The position numbers and the translations under genes were made by a program. The notes below the pieces were generated by a model that did no database searches, was not told the origin of the DNA, and was given only the letters and a program-made list of their open reading frames with translations. A stretch of DNA of 64,000 bases from Octopus vulgaris (lineage: Eukaryota), in assembly GCA_951406725.2 (NCBI GenBank), contig OX597826.1, positions 63,116,001 to 63,180,000 of the forward strand, written 5' to 3'. Shown here piece by piece: positions 28,771-43,149 of the stretch; the stretch's first letter is position 1; each line of letters opens with the position of its first letter.

Positions 28771-29266
28771 TTTACAGGAGCACACGTACACACATACAGT
28801 CTACACATTCACACGTTTATATAATTGTATGTGTGATGTGTGCCACGCTATTTCGTTCAGAAAGCAACATGAACGCAATATAATTAACGTGCATTTTCGT
28901 TAGATTAAAATTGGTTGATTCAAACGGTCTTTTGTCCCACGGATTGAATTTTCATCTGTCTCCAGAATTCTCAAGCAAGAATTGTAATAAAGTATGCAAT
29001 GATTGACTGGCAACTGCAAGGAAGGGGATCATTATATATAATTGAAGAATGTAATAGTTAATATCGATAGCAAAGCAAAGACGGAGATAGGGGAGGTGGA
29101 GGGGAGGGAGAGGGTGAGGGTGAGAGGGATGGAGAGAGAGGGAGAGAGGGATGTAGAGAGAGGGAGAGAGAAGAAGAGAAGGACAGAGAATTTCACAAAG
29201 CTGTTTTACAATCTGACACTGAAAAGTACGTATAGATGTTTGTGTGTGTCTGTGTGTTTGTGTGTG

Positions 29267-29314
<48 letters not shown>

Positions 29315-29376
29315 CGTGTGTGTATATGAATGCGCGTACGTGTTTATAGTAAGATAGACAGATACAGTGATATATG

Positions 29377-29470
<94 letters not shown>

Positions 29471-29676
29471 AAAAAAAGTCAAGATAGAAAATGCTAAAAT
29501 AATTTTATAAAAAAACATTTCAGTACCGGTTCCAGTCGTTGAGACTTTTTCAACTATAACAATTAAACAATTAAATTTAGAAAAATTAAAAGAAAAGTTG
29601 TTTTTTTTTAAGAATATTTGTCTAGTGTTCAAATACAAGAGGCATTTTCCTTGTTACTGCCTGTCTATATATATAT

Positions 29677-29888
29677 ATCAGAGGGGACTGAAAAGTTCCT
29701 GGCTTTAAGGGTGTCGCGGAAGGCCTGACTGGAAACTCAACCTTCTGTGTTCTTTTACAGGGCTTAGAAAAACTCAAAGACCACTTCAATAAGTGTGTGT
29801 GTCTAAGCGGGGAATATGTTGAATAAGAGCATAATTAACTAGTCTTCCTTTTCCCACAAAGCCAGGAACTTTACAGTACTCCCTCGTA
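29677..29888 (+). mobile_element. mariner-derived MITE
   Basis: TIRs GAGGGGACTGAAAAGTTCCTGGCTTT / AAAGCCAGGAACTTTACAGTACTCCCTC with TA flanks. Internal GLEKLKDHFNKCVCLSGEYVE* is a mariner C-terminus. Confidence 0.8.
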
Positions 29889-30141
29889 TATATACGTATA
29901 ACTATTTAAACATACACGTGTGTATGTTTCTATGAATATGAATACATATATGCATACACAGACACACAGATACACACTCTCTCACACACATACATACATG
30001 AGATAAACAGACAGACAGTTACACTTTATTTCGAAGACTATCTCTGAGTAGCCATGAAACTCGGAGCAATTATAAAACATGAAATCCTAATACCCGAACA
30101 TTTACATTCGCTGAATGACAAAGAGAATAGCTATATGCAAC

Positions 30142-31698
30142 ACTAGCTGACGTACCCGGTAATTCCCGGAAAGGCTGGACTTATCCCTTGGTTCCGTTCT
30201 CATAATCGTTTCGCTAATCCAATAACAACAATACAAAGTGTGTAGCCCTTAAAACGGGTTGTATGCGTTTACAGAGAATACCGAAATGTCTTACATAGGA
30301 TCTTGTTTTTAGGAAATCCTAATAAGTTATGAATACCCAAGTTGTGAAGTCAGTTACGTAATAACATTAAATTAGTTACCCGATAGTAAGAATTCAAATA
30401 AAGTAGTCCCGAAAAGGGCTTTAATGCGTTCCCAGAGTATATAGAACTTAAGAGGAAATGCCAATAAGATATGTATACCAAAATCGTGAAGCATGTTACG
30501 TAATAACAGAATAATCAGATATGAGATGATAATAATTCAAAGTAAATAACTGGAGAAAAGGGCTTTTATGCGTTCCCAGACAATATTACCCTCAGGGGCG
30601 CTAGTGTTGAAATAGATTTACAATGAATGTAGAAACAGACTGACACTTAGTTTTACAACAGACGCACAAATAAATTTGCATATAGATTTAAAAATAAAAT
30701 AACATGTAGATATCAATACATTTACAACACTTACAACATCAACACAACTATCAATATGAATTAAGAAAATGTTCCAGCATGTAAACAGCGTGTGAACTGT
30801 ATGAGGACAGTGCATATTGCAGTGTTATTGATAGATAAATGGCGATTTCTGTCTGCTTGTGTGGTTGGTTGTTACATAGATTACATCGTTACAAAACATT
30901 AACACATCTATCAATATAAACTAAGGTGTTCCTGACAGTGCATTTGTCTAAAAGCAGAATAGTTCTCCATGCAGTGACTGTCAATTGGCTGAAGTGACAT
31001 GAAAAGTATCGTCATTCATTATATATTCGTGAATAAGTCACTAACCGAAGTAAGTGGATCCGTTGTTGAACGCTTTGTCGCAGTTTTCGTGCGCGCAAAG
31101 ATCGAGAATTCAGATTTGATTTTTTTTAAAGAAAGTGTTCCTACATGTAAACAGCGTGTGACCTTTATGACAGAACAGATGACCAGTGGGCGGAAAAAAA
31201 ATAAGGGATTTAAAATGGGTTATTCCCCTTCGCCGTTAAAGAAAAGTAAAGCGTAGATCTTAAGAAAACATCAACATAGCTATCAACATAAATTAAGAAA
31301 ATGTTTATTGAAGATTTGATTTCGATTCTAGTGCTAACTGGTTTGCAAACGAAAATTTTGTTACAGCTTGTTTAATAAACAAAGTATTTATTAAACATTT
31401 TTTCATTTACTATATATAGGAAAATGAATGGCTTGTTTCTTTTGGATAGGAAAATGAATTGGTTATTTTCCTTGGCTGTTAAAAGAAAATATATTGGTTA
31501 TATATGTGGATCCCTTCTAGGGGCCGTAACCATCCAATTATAGGTCTTTTTATTAAACTTCGATGAGCCTAGTAACAAACTGGATGTTACTTTAGCACGT
31601 TTGCAAAGTTTCATGAAAATTCGTTAACGGGTGTAGAGGGCAACTTGACACAAACTGACGAATAAACAGACAACTTGCTTTTTATACGCGTATAAGAT
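30142..31698 (+). mobile_element. Helentron/DINE-1-like non-autonomous element with internal repeats
   Basis: Starts ACTAGCTGACGTACCCGGTAATTCCCGG and ends AAGTTTCATGAAAAT...AAACAGACAACTTGCTTTTTATACGCGTATAAGAT, the same architecture as 42661 and 44551. Internal repeats of about 150 bp at 30250-30590. Confidence 0.6.
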
Positions 31699-32102
31699 AA
31701 GATAAGATAGATATTTAATATCTATCTCATATGTTTATAACATATGGTACACTTCTCACAATTGACTAGCCGTCTTCAGCATGCGTCAGTTTTTACTTTC
31801 TCTTTTATTTTATATAATATTATTTTTCTTTGTTTTATTATGGTCTTCAGATATTTTCCAACCACTTATAAACACCTTTTATCTTTCCTTTACTGTACTA
31901 ATATATATATAAACAAGTTGATACAGGCTTAAAGGTTTGACGGAGGTGAGTCATTGATCTCTAGAATTGTCATCTCTGCATATGACGAGCTTCCCAATAG
32001 GGTTTGTTAACCTTATAATGCAATCTGTATACTTTGTTGCACTTACACATACACAGACACGCGCTCACACACACATATACACACAGACAAACACACACAC
32101 AT

Positions 32103-32203
<101 letters not shown>

Positions 32204-32372
32204 TATATGCGCGCTCACACTTACATACATGCATACACACAGACACACATACACATTCACATACACACACTCAGATACATACACACATACCACTCTGTTA
32301 AATATTAACATATTTGTGTGGATATGTGTGTGCATGAATATATATATGCATGTGTACTGTGTGTATGCATGC

Positions 32373-32417
<45 letters not shown>

Positions 32418-32435
32418 CATGTGTGTGTGTGTATG

Positions 32436-32469
<34 letters not shown>

Positions 32470-32472
<3 letters not shown>

Positions 32473-32620
32473 CTTTATTGTCCACAAGGGGTTAAACATA
32501 GAGGGGACAAACGGATTAAGTTGATTACATCGACCCCAGTGCGTAACTGGTACTTTATTTATCGACCCCGAAAGGATGAAAGGCAAAGTCGACCTCGGCG
32601 GAATTTGAACTCACAACGTA

Positions 32621-32621
<1 letters not shown>
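32470..32621 (-). mobile_element. SINE family B 3' part with Tx1-like tail
   Basis: Matches one unit of the 24659-25431 array. Confidence 0.85.
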
Positions 32622-32651
<30 letters not shown>

Positions 32652-32654
<3 letters not shown>

Positions 32655-32883
32655 GAGGTGGTTGCTGAAAAGATCCTCACTTTAAGGGTCTCGTGAAAAG
32701 CTTGGTTGGAGACCTAACCTTCCGAGTTCTTTTTACAGAACATAGAAAAAACTTAAGCGCCTCTGTAATGGGTGTGTGAATCTGAGAGGGGAATATGTTG
32801 AATAAAATCATAATTAACTGGTGATCCTCTTGTATTTTCTTTTATCCAAAACCAGGAACTTTTCAGTACCTAGCCCCTTTGTA
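32652..32883 (+). mobile_element. mariner-derived MITE (second copy)
   Basis: Aligns with 29677-29888 (GGGGAATATGTTGAATAA...CCAGGAACTTTTCAGTAC). Confidence 0.78.
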
Positions 32884-32989
32884 TAAATATCTATGTGTGT
32901 ATATGTATTTTTATGTGTATCTGTATATACGTATATGTACATGTATATGTATGTGTATGTATAAATATATGTATATAGATATATATATA

Positions 32990-33195
32990 TTAGAAGAAAT
33001 GAGGTAATCAGAAGATCGGATGGTTTATATTTACAGATATTTATTTATATATTACATTTTTTTACATATATATCATATTTAGATCATATGTAAAAAATGT
33101 AATATATAAATAAATATCTGTAAATATAAACCATCCGATCTTCTGATTACCTCATTTCTTCTAATATATAATACCTGTACATCATCTCCAAACCT

Positions 33196-33200
<5 letters not shown>
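32990..33200. repeat. palindromic insertion in (TA)n, about 80-bp arms
   Basis: TTAGAAGAAATGAGGTAATCAGAAGATCGGATGG... is mirrored by ...CCATCCGATCTTCTGATTACCTCATTTCTTCTAA (33164). The right side extends uniquely to 33200. Confidence 0.92.
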
Positions 33201-33230
<30 letters not shown>

Positions 33231-33541
33231 TGCATGCATGCATGTATGTATGTATGCATGTAGGTACGTATACAGACATCTCAATAGTTGACCGACACAA
33301 TTAATTTTAGAAAGATATATTTCTAGAAGCAAAATAATATCAGTTGATACATTTAAATCCTCAGTCTGGTACTTAGTAAATATGCCTTGGGCAGTTTATA
33401 ATGATTTAATCTGTTTTGGCATCGGACTAGTGAGTAGTATCCGCAGTAGCAAAACGGTGTAATGAGAACTGCCTATTTGCTTTTGAGATATCTCTGTGTG
33501 CATATACATATATATATGTGTGTGCTTGTGTATTATATGGC

Positions 33542-33598
<57 letters not shown>

Positions 33599-33690
33599 AA
33601 TTTAAATAATAAGAGTGAAAATTTGAATATTAATTTGATTAATATCAATTTAAATCCAGTGGCCTAGCATATTGAAAAATCTGAATCTTC

Positions 33691-33766
<76 letters not shown>

Positions 33767-33774
33767 TATATATA

Positions 33775-33899
<125 letters not shown>

Positions 33900-34942
33900 T
33901 CAGACAGACAGACAGACAGACAGATAGATATAAACAATAACAATACAATGTAGTTCACTACAGCTGCAGTTCTCCCCGAGCTCTTGGTAGTCAACGGTAG
34001 AAACTCATTTAAACTTTCTAAATATTCTCTTCTTAGGAGTAAGACATACAATAACGCAGCAACACTCACAACATGCAGAGACACATTCTGCATGTGGATA
34101 CATACATGATGCATACATACATACAAACAAACAAATATACATACATACATTCATACATACATACATACATACACACATACATACATAAATACATACATAC
34201 ATACATACATAAATACATACATACATACATACATACATACATACATACATACATACATAAATACATACATACATACATACATACATAAATACATACATAC
34301 ATACATACATACATACATACATACATACACACGCACCCACACATACATACATACATACATACATACATACATACATACATTTATACATGTAGACAAGCAT
34401 CTCCATCACGGAAAAATTCTCTTATCCTTCACAATGGCTTTAGCAATGGTCGTGCTGAAGTTTAAAGATAACAGCTGCTTGCACAACCCCGCTTAGACTC
34501 TCACCTACGAAACCAAGTTCTCTAGAAACATATTAGAGCAAGATCTCCGGCTTCGCAATGTGGTGGGTGTTGTTTCGGAATTACCTTCTCCTACAGAAAT
34601 GCCTATACAAAGACTAAGGGTCTCTCACACGCAGCTGCTAGATGGCGGTAAACCCTACTGAGTTCATCTGCTCTTTGACAAGTTTCGTTTTCAGCCCTGC
34701 TGTATGTCAAAGGAAAACTAGTAGCGCTGCCGATTTAGTTTACTGACGGCTTGGTCATGCGACAGGTAGTGTGTATGGCCATGCGGCAGGTTATATGTTA
34801 TGTCAGGTCACAAAGAGTTACCTGACATAACATACATACAAACACATGTTCCTCATTATACCATCGTGACATTTTTATACTTCACCCATCAAAACATGCA
34901 CGTAAAGAAACATCAAAATATATCTTGTCAGCCCAACACGCG

Positions 34943-34990
<48 letters not shown>

Positions 34991-35226
34991 CACACGCGCG
35001 CGAGCACATACATACGCTACTGCTAAGTCAATCACTAACATGCATGCGTACGTACAATTAAGCGGCACGCACACACAAGTGGGCACATACATCATACATA
35101 TACACACATCCATATACAATAGGCTGGCTCACGTACATAGATACATCCATACATGCACACATACTTACATACATATATACATTGATAAATACGTAGATAT
35201 CTATCTATCTATATATATATATATAT

Positions 35227-35520
35227 AAGTTCAGCAACAATTTAGATTCAAATGAATATGGTACTTAATTTAGATACACCAGAATTTTGTATGGTGTTAT
35301 CCATAAAAATTTTGCGGGGTGATTATAATAAAAAATAAGCAACAAGAATGACTCCGGTAATTTGGTACAATTGTTTCACACTACAACATTTTATTAAAAG
35401 TTGTAAGTATTACAGCAGATTTACATCTTAAATTTGCTGTAATACTAACAACTTTTAATAAAATGTTGTAGTGTGAAACAATTGTACCAAATTACCGGAG
35501 TCATTCTTGTTGCTTATTTT
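35227..35520. repeat. palindromic insertion in (TA)n, about 92-bp arms (35332-35520)
   Basis: Near-perfect arms around a 5-nt loop, with a unique extension to the left. Each arm has a long stem followed by GAAACAATTGTA. Confidence 0.92.
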
Positions 35521-35541
35521 GTGTATATATATATATATATA

Positions 35542-35797
35542 TTAATCATAAGGACGCACTTCTCTGATTCTTTTCAGTGTTATTTTGGTGGTTTAAATGT
35601 GTGCTTTAGCTCTCATTTTTAGCAGGTAGACGTATAAGTGAGTCCTTATGATTAAAGCAATTTTAATTCTATAGCTATATAATGCAACCAACTATATTAA
35701 TATTGCTGTTATTATCACCTAATTATTTTGCCTTCGATAATAACAGTAATATTAATATCTATATAAATATTCAATCCTGAATATTCGCCGCTGATTA

Positions 35798-35798
<1 letters not shown>
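35542..35798. repeat. TA-flanked insert with two short inverted repeats
   Basis: TTAATCATAAGGACGCACTT / AAGTGAGTCCTTATGATTAA (35542-35655) and TATTAATATTGCTGTTATTATC / GATAATAACAGTAATATTAATA (about 35695-35758). Confidence 0.75.
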
Positions 35799-36232
<434 letters not shown>

Positions 36233-36242
36233 TATATGCTTA

Positions 36243-36310
<68 letters not shown>

Positions 36311-36324
36311 TATATATATGCTTA

Positions 36325-36384
<60 letters not shown>

Positions 36385-36827
36385 TGCGCATACATGATTG
36401 TGTTGTGCATGCTGCCGACCTTGTTACCGTCTCTGATGCTTTCGAACGTAAGAAACCACTTTCTTTCTCCTTCACTTCCGGTCATTCGACCTGCAGCCAT
36501 TCTCAGCTTGAGTTAACGTAGATTAACACTTATTTCTCAATTACTTCCGTTTCTTTTCTTTACATTTTTTTTTCCTGTTTAAATTTCCGAGAAGAGCTTA
36601 AGCTCCAAAATACCAAATCGTGAATCTGGAAATAGAAACCACGTTGTCTTCCTTGTTATTCTAGTCATTGTGTTTTCATTAGATATAAGTTACTTATATG
36701 GAAAGGCGAAGATACTTAATAAAGATAACGGAACTTCAACACAACACATACACACTCACACACATACACACACATACATACATACATACATACATACATA
36801 CATACATACATACATACATACATACAC

Positions 36828-36877
<50 letters not shown>

Positions 36878-36879
<2 letters not shown>

Positions 36880-37060
36880 CGTTTTGGGATTTGGTTTGCA
36901 AGATTCTTTATATGAGTTCGTGTGTTGAAGCATATTCTGTTGTGTCTGGGGAGAGTCATTTTCTTTTTGTGCCTTATGTAACACAATAAGTGGAAATTTT
37001 ACCGGTGAGTGTGTTACATTATAAGGCACAAAAAGAAAATGACTCTCCCCAGACACAATA

Positions 37061-37061
<1 letters not shown>
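36878..37061. repeat. head-to-head inverted insertion in (TA)n; family of 17583-17785
   Basis: Arms 36937-36984 and 37011-37061. The left part is antisense and the right part sense relative to the 17583 copy. Confidence 0.9.
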
Positions 37062-37108
<47 letters not shown>

Positions 37109-37334
37109 CAAAGATGACGAATAATACAATACAAAGGCAACGTAAACAGTAAACGCTGAGTTGGTAATAGTTTGACGCTCAGATGAAGGAAATTTCTTTT
37201 AACATTTCGAGTATATACACTCTTGTTCTGAAACAGAGGAAAGGCAAAGAGGGAATAGAACAGTAAAGAGAAGTTTGAAAAACAGAAACGTTCCTGCATC
37301 CAACGTCATGGCATAAAGAAAGAAAGAAAGAAAA

Positions 37335-37403
<69 letters not shown>

Positions 37404-37469
37404 CATATAAGCAGTTAGATAGACAGATAGATAGATGTTCTTTAGTTTATACGGTACACAGCATTGGTT

Positions 37470-37679
37470 TCATATTTTGGTACAAGGCCAGCAATTGCAG
37501 AGGAGGAGTTAAGTTGATTACATTCACCCCAGTTTTCAACTGCTACTTATTTTATCAACCCCGAAAAGATGAACGGCAGCGTCAACCTCAGCAGAATTCG
37601 AACTCAGAACATAAAGACGGACGAAATGCCGCTAAGGATTTCACCCGGCGTGCTAACCATTCTGCCAGCTTACCGCCTT
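37470..37679 (-). mobile_element. SINE family B
   Basis: Diverged match to the head and central domain. Confidence 0.8.
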
Positions 37680-38182
37680 CACACGATACACAACATTTAC
37701 ACCACATAAAAACACACCACAACACTATTTTACACTAATACATCTCACAACATTGACTCGCAGTAATACATTATAAGTGCCTTTCACAACACCCCTACAC
37801 AATAAAACACACCGTCATCACACCGATACACTGTACAGCACTACAACATGCTGTTATTTACCCGTAGCACACAACATAAGATTATTAAACAATAATATAC
37901 TTTATAATACTATACCCTAAACACAGAAATTCAACACAGAATTATATTATAGTAATTCATTACTCTCAATTACACTAAGAACATCTGCAGTATTTTTTTC
38001 TTTTCTATAAATAAATTTAGAACAGCAATTTCAAGACCACCAACAACAACAGGAACAACAAGAAATGCTGTATTGATAACAATACAAACTAACAACAATA
38101 AGGAGTTCAGTAGTGACAACAATATATAATTATGTTGTGTTATTTTGCCTGAAGTCTGAGACATAAATTGTCAGAGAAAAAC

Positions 38183-38217
38183 AAATGGCCGCCTACTTCA
38201 CCGGAACCACGTGATAA
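38183..38217. promoter_or_regulatory. candidate cis-regulatory motif cluster
   Basis: AAATGGCCGCC (YY1-like), CCGGAA (ETS core), CACGTG (E-box) and GATAA within 35 bp of unique sequence. Confidence 0.25.
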
Positions 38218-39502
38218 CAGATTTGTCGACGCTGTTGGAGCTGGTGAAACTGCTGCTGTTGCTGCTGCCGCCGTTGGCGCAATTGTTGTTGTTGTTGCTG
38301 CTGCTGTTGTTTTGTTGTTTTTGGTGGCTATGTGGTGGTGGTGGTCTTCATTTCCTTCTTCTTTTCCTTCCTCTTCTCTCTTCCGCGACTTCTCTTTCTC
38401 CTTCCTCTCTCTTCTTCTTTTCCGTTCTTCCCCTTCTTCTTTCTTCTTCTTTTCTTCTTCTTCTTCTTCTTCTTCTTCTTCTTCTTCTTCTTCTTCTTCT
38501 TCTTCTTCTTCTTCTTCTCTCTTTTCTTTCCTTCTTCTTCCCTCTTATTATTATTGTTCTTTTCGCTCCTCCTCTTCTTACAATGTTCTTCTCGATTGTT
38601 CTTCGTCTTCTTTTCTCTTCTTCTGCTCCTTCTTCTTTTTGTTGTTGTTATTCTATCTTCTTCGTTCTTCTTGATTGTTGTTGTTCGTGTTGTTGTCATT
38701 GCTGAAGTTGTTGCTGATGGTTCTTTTCTTGTTCTTCTGACTCATACTAATGCTATTGCTGTTGTTTTTTTGTTTTTAGGTGTATTGTTCTCTTAGTTGT
38801 TGTAACAATTGCGATTGCTGCTATTGTTGTTCGTGTTGTTGTCGTTGTTATTGTCATTATTCTTGATTCTGTTCTTTTCGCTGTTGTTTCGCTGTGTGTA
38901 TATTTTTGGCTATTTCTTTAGTTCTTGATGTTGCTACTTGCATTACTGATACTAATGTAATTGCAATTGTTGTTGTTGCTGCTGTTGTTGATTTTGCAGG
39001 TGTTGTGGCTACATGTCGTTAATGCAGTTTTCAATATTTTTTTTTATATCTGATAATGTTGTAATCGTTACTGTTGCTTTTCTATGGAAAAAGTGTTATC
39101 CCATTTTTTTGTGTTATATTCTCATTCATTTATTCCTTTATTCCTTTATTCTTTTACTTGTTTCAATCATTGGACTGTGGCCATGTTAGAGCACTATCTT
39201 GAAGCATTTAGTCGATAAAATTGACACCAGTACCATTTGTTTTTAACTTGTTACTTATTCTATCGGTTTCTTTAGCCAAACCGAGATGTGACAAGGGTGT
39301 AAACAAGCCACGCTGGTTGACAAGCGACGTGAGGGACAAGCACAAACATACACAGTTACACACAACACGCACATATACACACGCACAATACTTACATGCC
39401 GATAACTGACGAGGAATGAGCAGCGTCCTGTCTCGTGTGTGTTAATTTTCCGTTTGTTCCTTTGTGTTTCCGTTTGCATTTTGGAACTTATAATATATAC
39501 AT

Positions 39503-39670
39503 GCAGGAGTGGCTGTGTGGTAAGTAGCTTGCTAACCAACCACATGGTTCCGGGTTCAGTCCCACTGCGTGGCATCTTGGGCAAGTGTCTTCTGCTATAG
39601 CCCCGGGCCGACCAATGCCTTGTGAGTGAATTTGGTAGACGGAAACTGAAAGAAGCCTGTCGTATATATG

Positions 39671-39711
<41 letters not shown>

Positions 39712-39933
39712 TTGTGTGTCTGTGTTTGTCCCCCCCCAGCATTGCTTGACAACCGATGCTGGTGTGTTTACGTCCCCGTCACTTAGCGGTTCGGCAAAAG
39801 AGACCGATAGAATAAGTACTGGGCTTACAAAGAATAAGTCCCGGGGTCGATTTGCTCGACTAAAGGCGGTGCTCCAGCATGGCCGCAGTCAAATGACTGA
39901 AACAAGTAAAAGAGTAAAAGAGAGAGTAAAGAG
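39503..39933 (+). mobile_element. SINE family A, full-length reference copy
   Basis: tRNA-like head (TGGCTGTGTGG A-box-like, GGTTCAGTCCC B-box-like), GGCA.CTTGGGCAAGT domain, internal (TA)/(TG)n and (GTAAAAGA)n tail. More than 12 relatives occur in the window. Confidence 0.92.
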
Positions 39934-40010
39934 TATATATACACATACATACATGCATACATACATATATACATGTGTGTGTGTCTGTCTGTCTGTCTGT
40001 CTGTGTGTGT

Positions 40011-41180
40011 GTACGGACATGAAAGAAGTAAATAGACACCCTTATAATCAGTAAAATTTATTTACTTCTGAAATTATGCCTTCAAATTATTTGTCAATTG
40101 ATACAATGTGAATATTTAATATTCAGTAGACATACCCTTTGCATTTTTTCAATGCAAGTACCTTATTAGATATGTTACTGATCAGATGACGAATATTCTC
40201 TCGCGGAGTTTCTTGCCAAGTTTCAGGTTGTAATCTCAAAAGATTTGGTTTGAAGATGCTTTCTTGTTCTTTTAATGAAGTGTCCTGTCCATTGTTCCAG
40301 GGGTAATCAATAGGGTTCATATCTGGTGACTGGCTTGGTCGTGGAAGCTTTTTAATACCATTCTCATCCAACAAATATTGGGTCATTTTAGCCGTGTAAC
40401 AAGGAGCCCCATCTTCCATAAATAAGGAGTCTTCTTTAATCATTTCACCACTGGAGAAGATTGAAAGGAGTCATTTCTGCAATATGGACACATATTTATC
40501 TGAGTTTATGTTTCCCTCACACTCCACTAGCTCTGATCAACCATTGCTCCAAATTGCTCCTCAGACCATCACAGAATAGCTGCCGTGTGCCATTGTTGAC
40601 TGCAATCTTTTCACAACAAATTTTTGATCACAAAGTCCCCAGACCCACACTCAACCACTGTCAGGAAATGCAGCAAATCTGGACTCATCAGAGAATATGA
40701 CAGTGTCCCAAAATATTTGTGTCCTCTCCACAATCTCACTGGCTCAATCTTTTCTCCTTCTTCCTGCTCTGCCATAGTAACCAAGTTTGTGGAGATACCT
40801 GACTGCTGTTCTGGAACTGATATCAACTTGTTCTGCTATATCAGAGGCCTTGCAACGAGGATTATCCTCCACACTTTTCTAAAGAAAGAGAAGGGCCCTG
40901 GTTGATATGGCAAGGTGATGTGAACTCTTTCCCCTCTCTGGTGAATTGCACAATCACTATATTAACTATAGAAAGCGAGATCCTAAGATTTTCTGCAATT
41001 TTACGCTGTGTAAAATGACCCACAATATGCCCTCTTTGAAATTCAGACAGTTCCAAGGCTCCGTTTGTACATGGCATCATTAAACTGTCACATATAGAGC
41101 GTGAAACATAAAAAAAATGTCAATTAATAGAAAATATAAACCATTACGAGTTAGAAAAAACATAAAACGCGGCTGTCATA
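40011..41180 (-). pseudogene. decayed Tc1-like transposon
   Basis: N-terminal ELSEFQRGHIVG...TQRKIAENLRISLSIV (paired-type HTH) and catalytic FMEDGAPCYTAK...PSQSPDMNPID. Multiple frameshifts. Confidence 0.88.
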
Positions 41181-41182
41181 TC

Positions 41183-41246
<64 letters not shown>

Positions 41247-41269
41247 TGTGTGTGTGTGTGTGTGTGTTC

Positions 41270-41304
<35 letters not shown>

Positions 41305-41344
41305 GATGTGTGTGTATTTATACATATATACACACATATATACA

Positions 41345-42618
41345 TACTGAGTCATTCCATAAATAAAGCGATTTCTTATATTTCAATAACTTTTCAAAAT
41401 TATGATAAACAAACTTCTTTTTTAATCTAAAATATACTCTCCTGCTTTTTCTACAATGTTCTTCCATCTATCTGGTAGACTTGCAAGGCCCCTCTTCCAA
41501 AATCCACTTGTCCGTGGCGAAAAATACTCTTCCAGTACTGTTCTAACCTCGTCTACAGAATTCATATTTTTGCCGTCTAAATGATTTTCAAGATTGTGGA
41601 ATAAATGGCAATCAGATGTCCAGCGAATATGGGGGTGGAACATCATTTCCCATTCAAGCTGCTCAAGCCTTTAGAATGTCATCTTTGCAGTATGTGGCCA
41701 AGCTTTATCCTGATAGAAGAACACTTTTCGTCTTGAAACCAAAGATGGTCGTTTTCCTTCTAGCACCAACTTAAGCCGCACAAGGTGATGTTTGTTATCG
41801 TTTGGTTTGGGTCTTAAAGTTCAAAGTGAACTAAACCTTTCATATACCACCAAACAGATAACAACACCTTACGTGTGTGAAGACCTTCTTTAGCCTGGGG
41901 TTTCGGTGTTTCGCCTTTCCTTACCCACTATCTTCGGCGCTTGACATTTCTATAGAGTACCTATTTCTCGTCACCAATCACTATTTTGTCCAGAAAAGGT
42001 TCATTCGTAACGTGACAGCAAAGAAGAGCACACATTCACTTTCAACGCGCAATCAGACTCGCAGATTTTGCGAGGAGCCCATTGACCCAATTTGCTGAAT
42101 TTTCTGATGGCACGCAGTTGTTGATGAATGGCTGAATGACTATATCTAAGCTTTTCTGCTAGTTCCTCGACAGTTTTAATGGGATTTTGTTCCACCATGG
42201 CCATGGTTTGCAGGGCGTCCTCGTCGAGCTCTACAGATCTTCCAGGACGGGGCTCATCTTCTATGCTGTAGCTTCCGGCTAAGAATTTCTGGAAACACCT
42301 TTGACATTGGCTTACGCTTATTGTCCGATCCCCTTATGCTACACTAATATTCCTCGCACTTTCCGTTGCATTGTTGCCTTTATTGAACTCATAAAACAAG
42401 ATATGCTGAATATTCTCCTTTGTCATTCCTATTAAAGCTTTGAAAAAATAACTGTTAAAATCGAACTGCACTCTTCAAATTTTGCACTAAGAATAAGTAT
42501 CAAGTTAAAATTACAACCTGATTTTGTAGTAAGTTGATGCAGGTATTTTATCCCGTCCCCCTTCGACTTTTAGTTCATGCAATTGAAAAAGTTGCATTAC
42601 TTATGCGATGACACAATA
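41345..42618 (-). pseudogene. decayed mariner transposon, about 1.27 kb
   Basis: MVEQNPIKTVEELAEKL...KLGQWAP (WVP motif) and SDCHLFHNLENHLDGK...FWKRGLASLPDRWKNIVEKAGEY. Imperfect TIRs TACTGAGTCATTCCATAAATAA / TTACTTATGCGATGACACAATA. Confidence 0.9.
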
Positions 42619-42630
42619 TATGTGTGTATG

Positions 42631-42660
<30 letters not shown>

Positions 42661-42662
<2 letters not shown>

Positions 42663-43056
42663 CTAGCAGTATCGCCCGGCGTTGCTCGGGTTTGTAAGGG
42701 AAATAATTATATAAGCATTTTTAGAGATGTAAAGTATAAAAGCCATCTCAATATGGCTAACCACAAAGGGGGAGGGATGTTACTGTAGCTTTTAGGTTCT
42801 GAGATTTAATAATAAATTTTAGAGAGTTACTTCCCTTATATATGTCAAAAATGGATTAAAAATGGGAAAAATTGATGGTAAATTTTTTTTTAAATCGTAG
42901 ACTCATCGTAGACGCGCGCTAATACCCAGATGGTCTCGATATGAATCACGACTATAAGATACCCGGTTTTGGTTAAACTGCACCGCAAAATGTGGGAGTA
43001 GTTAGGAATCTAAATCGTAGGAGACAGACACACAACCTCACTTTTATATATAAAGA
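42661..43056 (+). mobile_element. Helentron/DINE-1-like non-autonomous element
   Basis: 5' TACTAGCAGTATCGCCCGGCGTTGCTCGGG hairpin and 3' GACAGACACACAACCTCACTTTTATATATAAAGAT. Confidence 0.65.
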
Positions 43057-43149
43057 TTTCCTTTATTTACATAATATTGAGGTCTCTTTCTTTCTTTTGT
43101 TATCTTACTGTTTTTACCAATATACATATATATATATATAAATATATAT

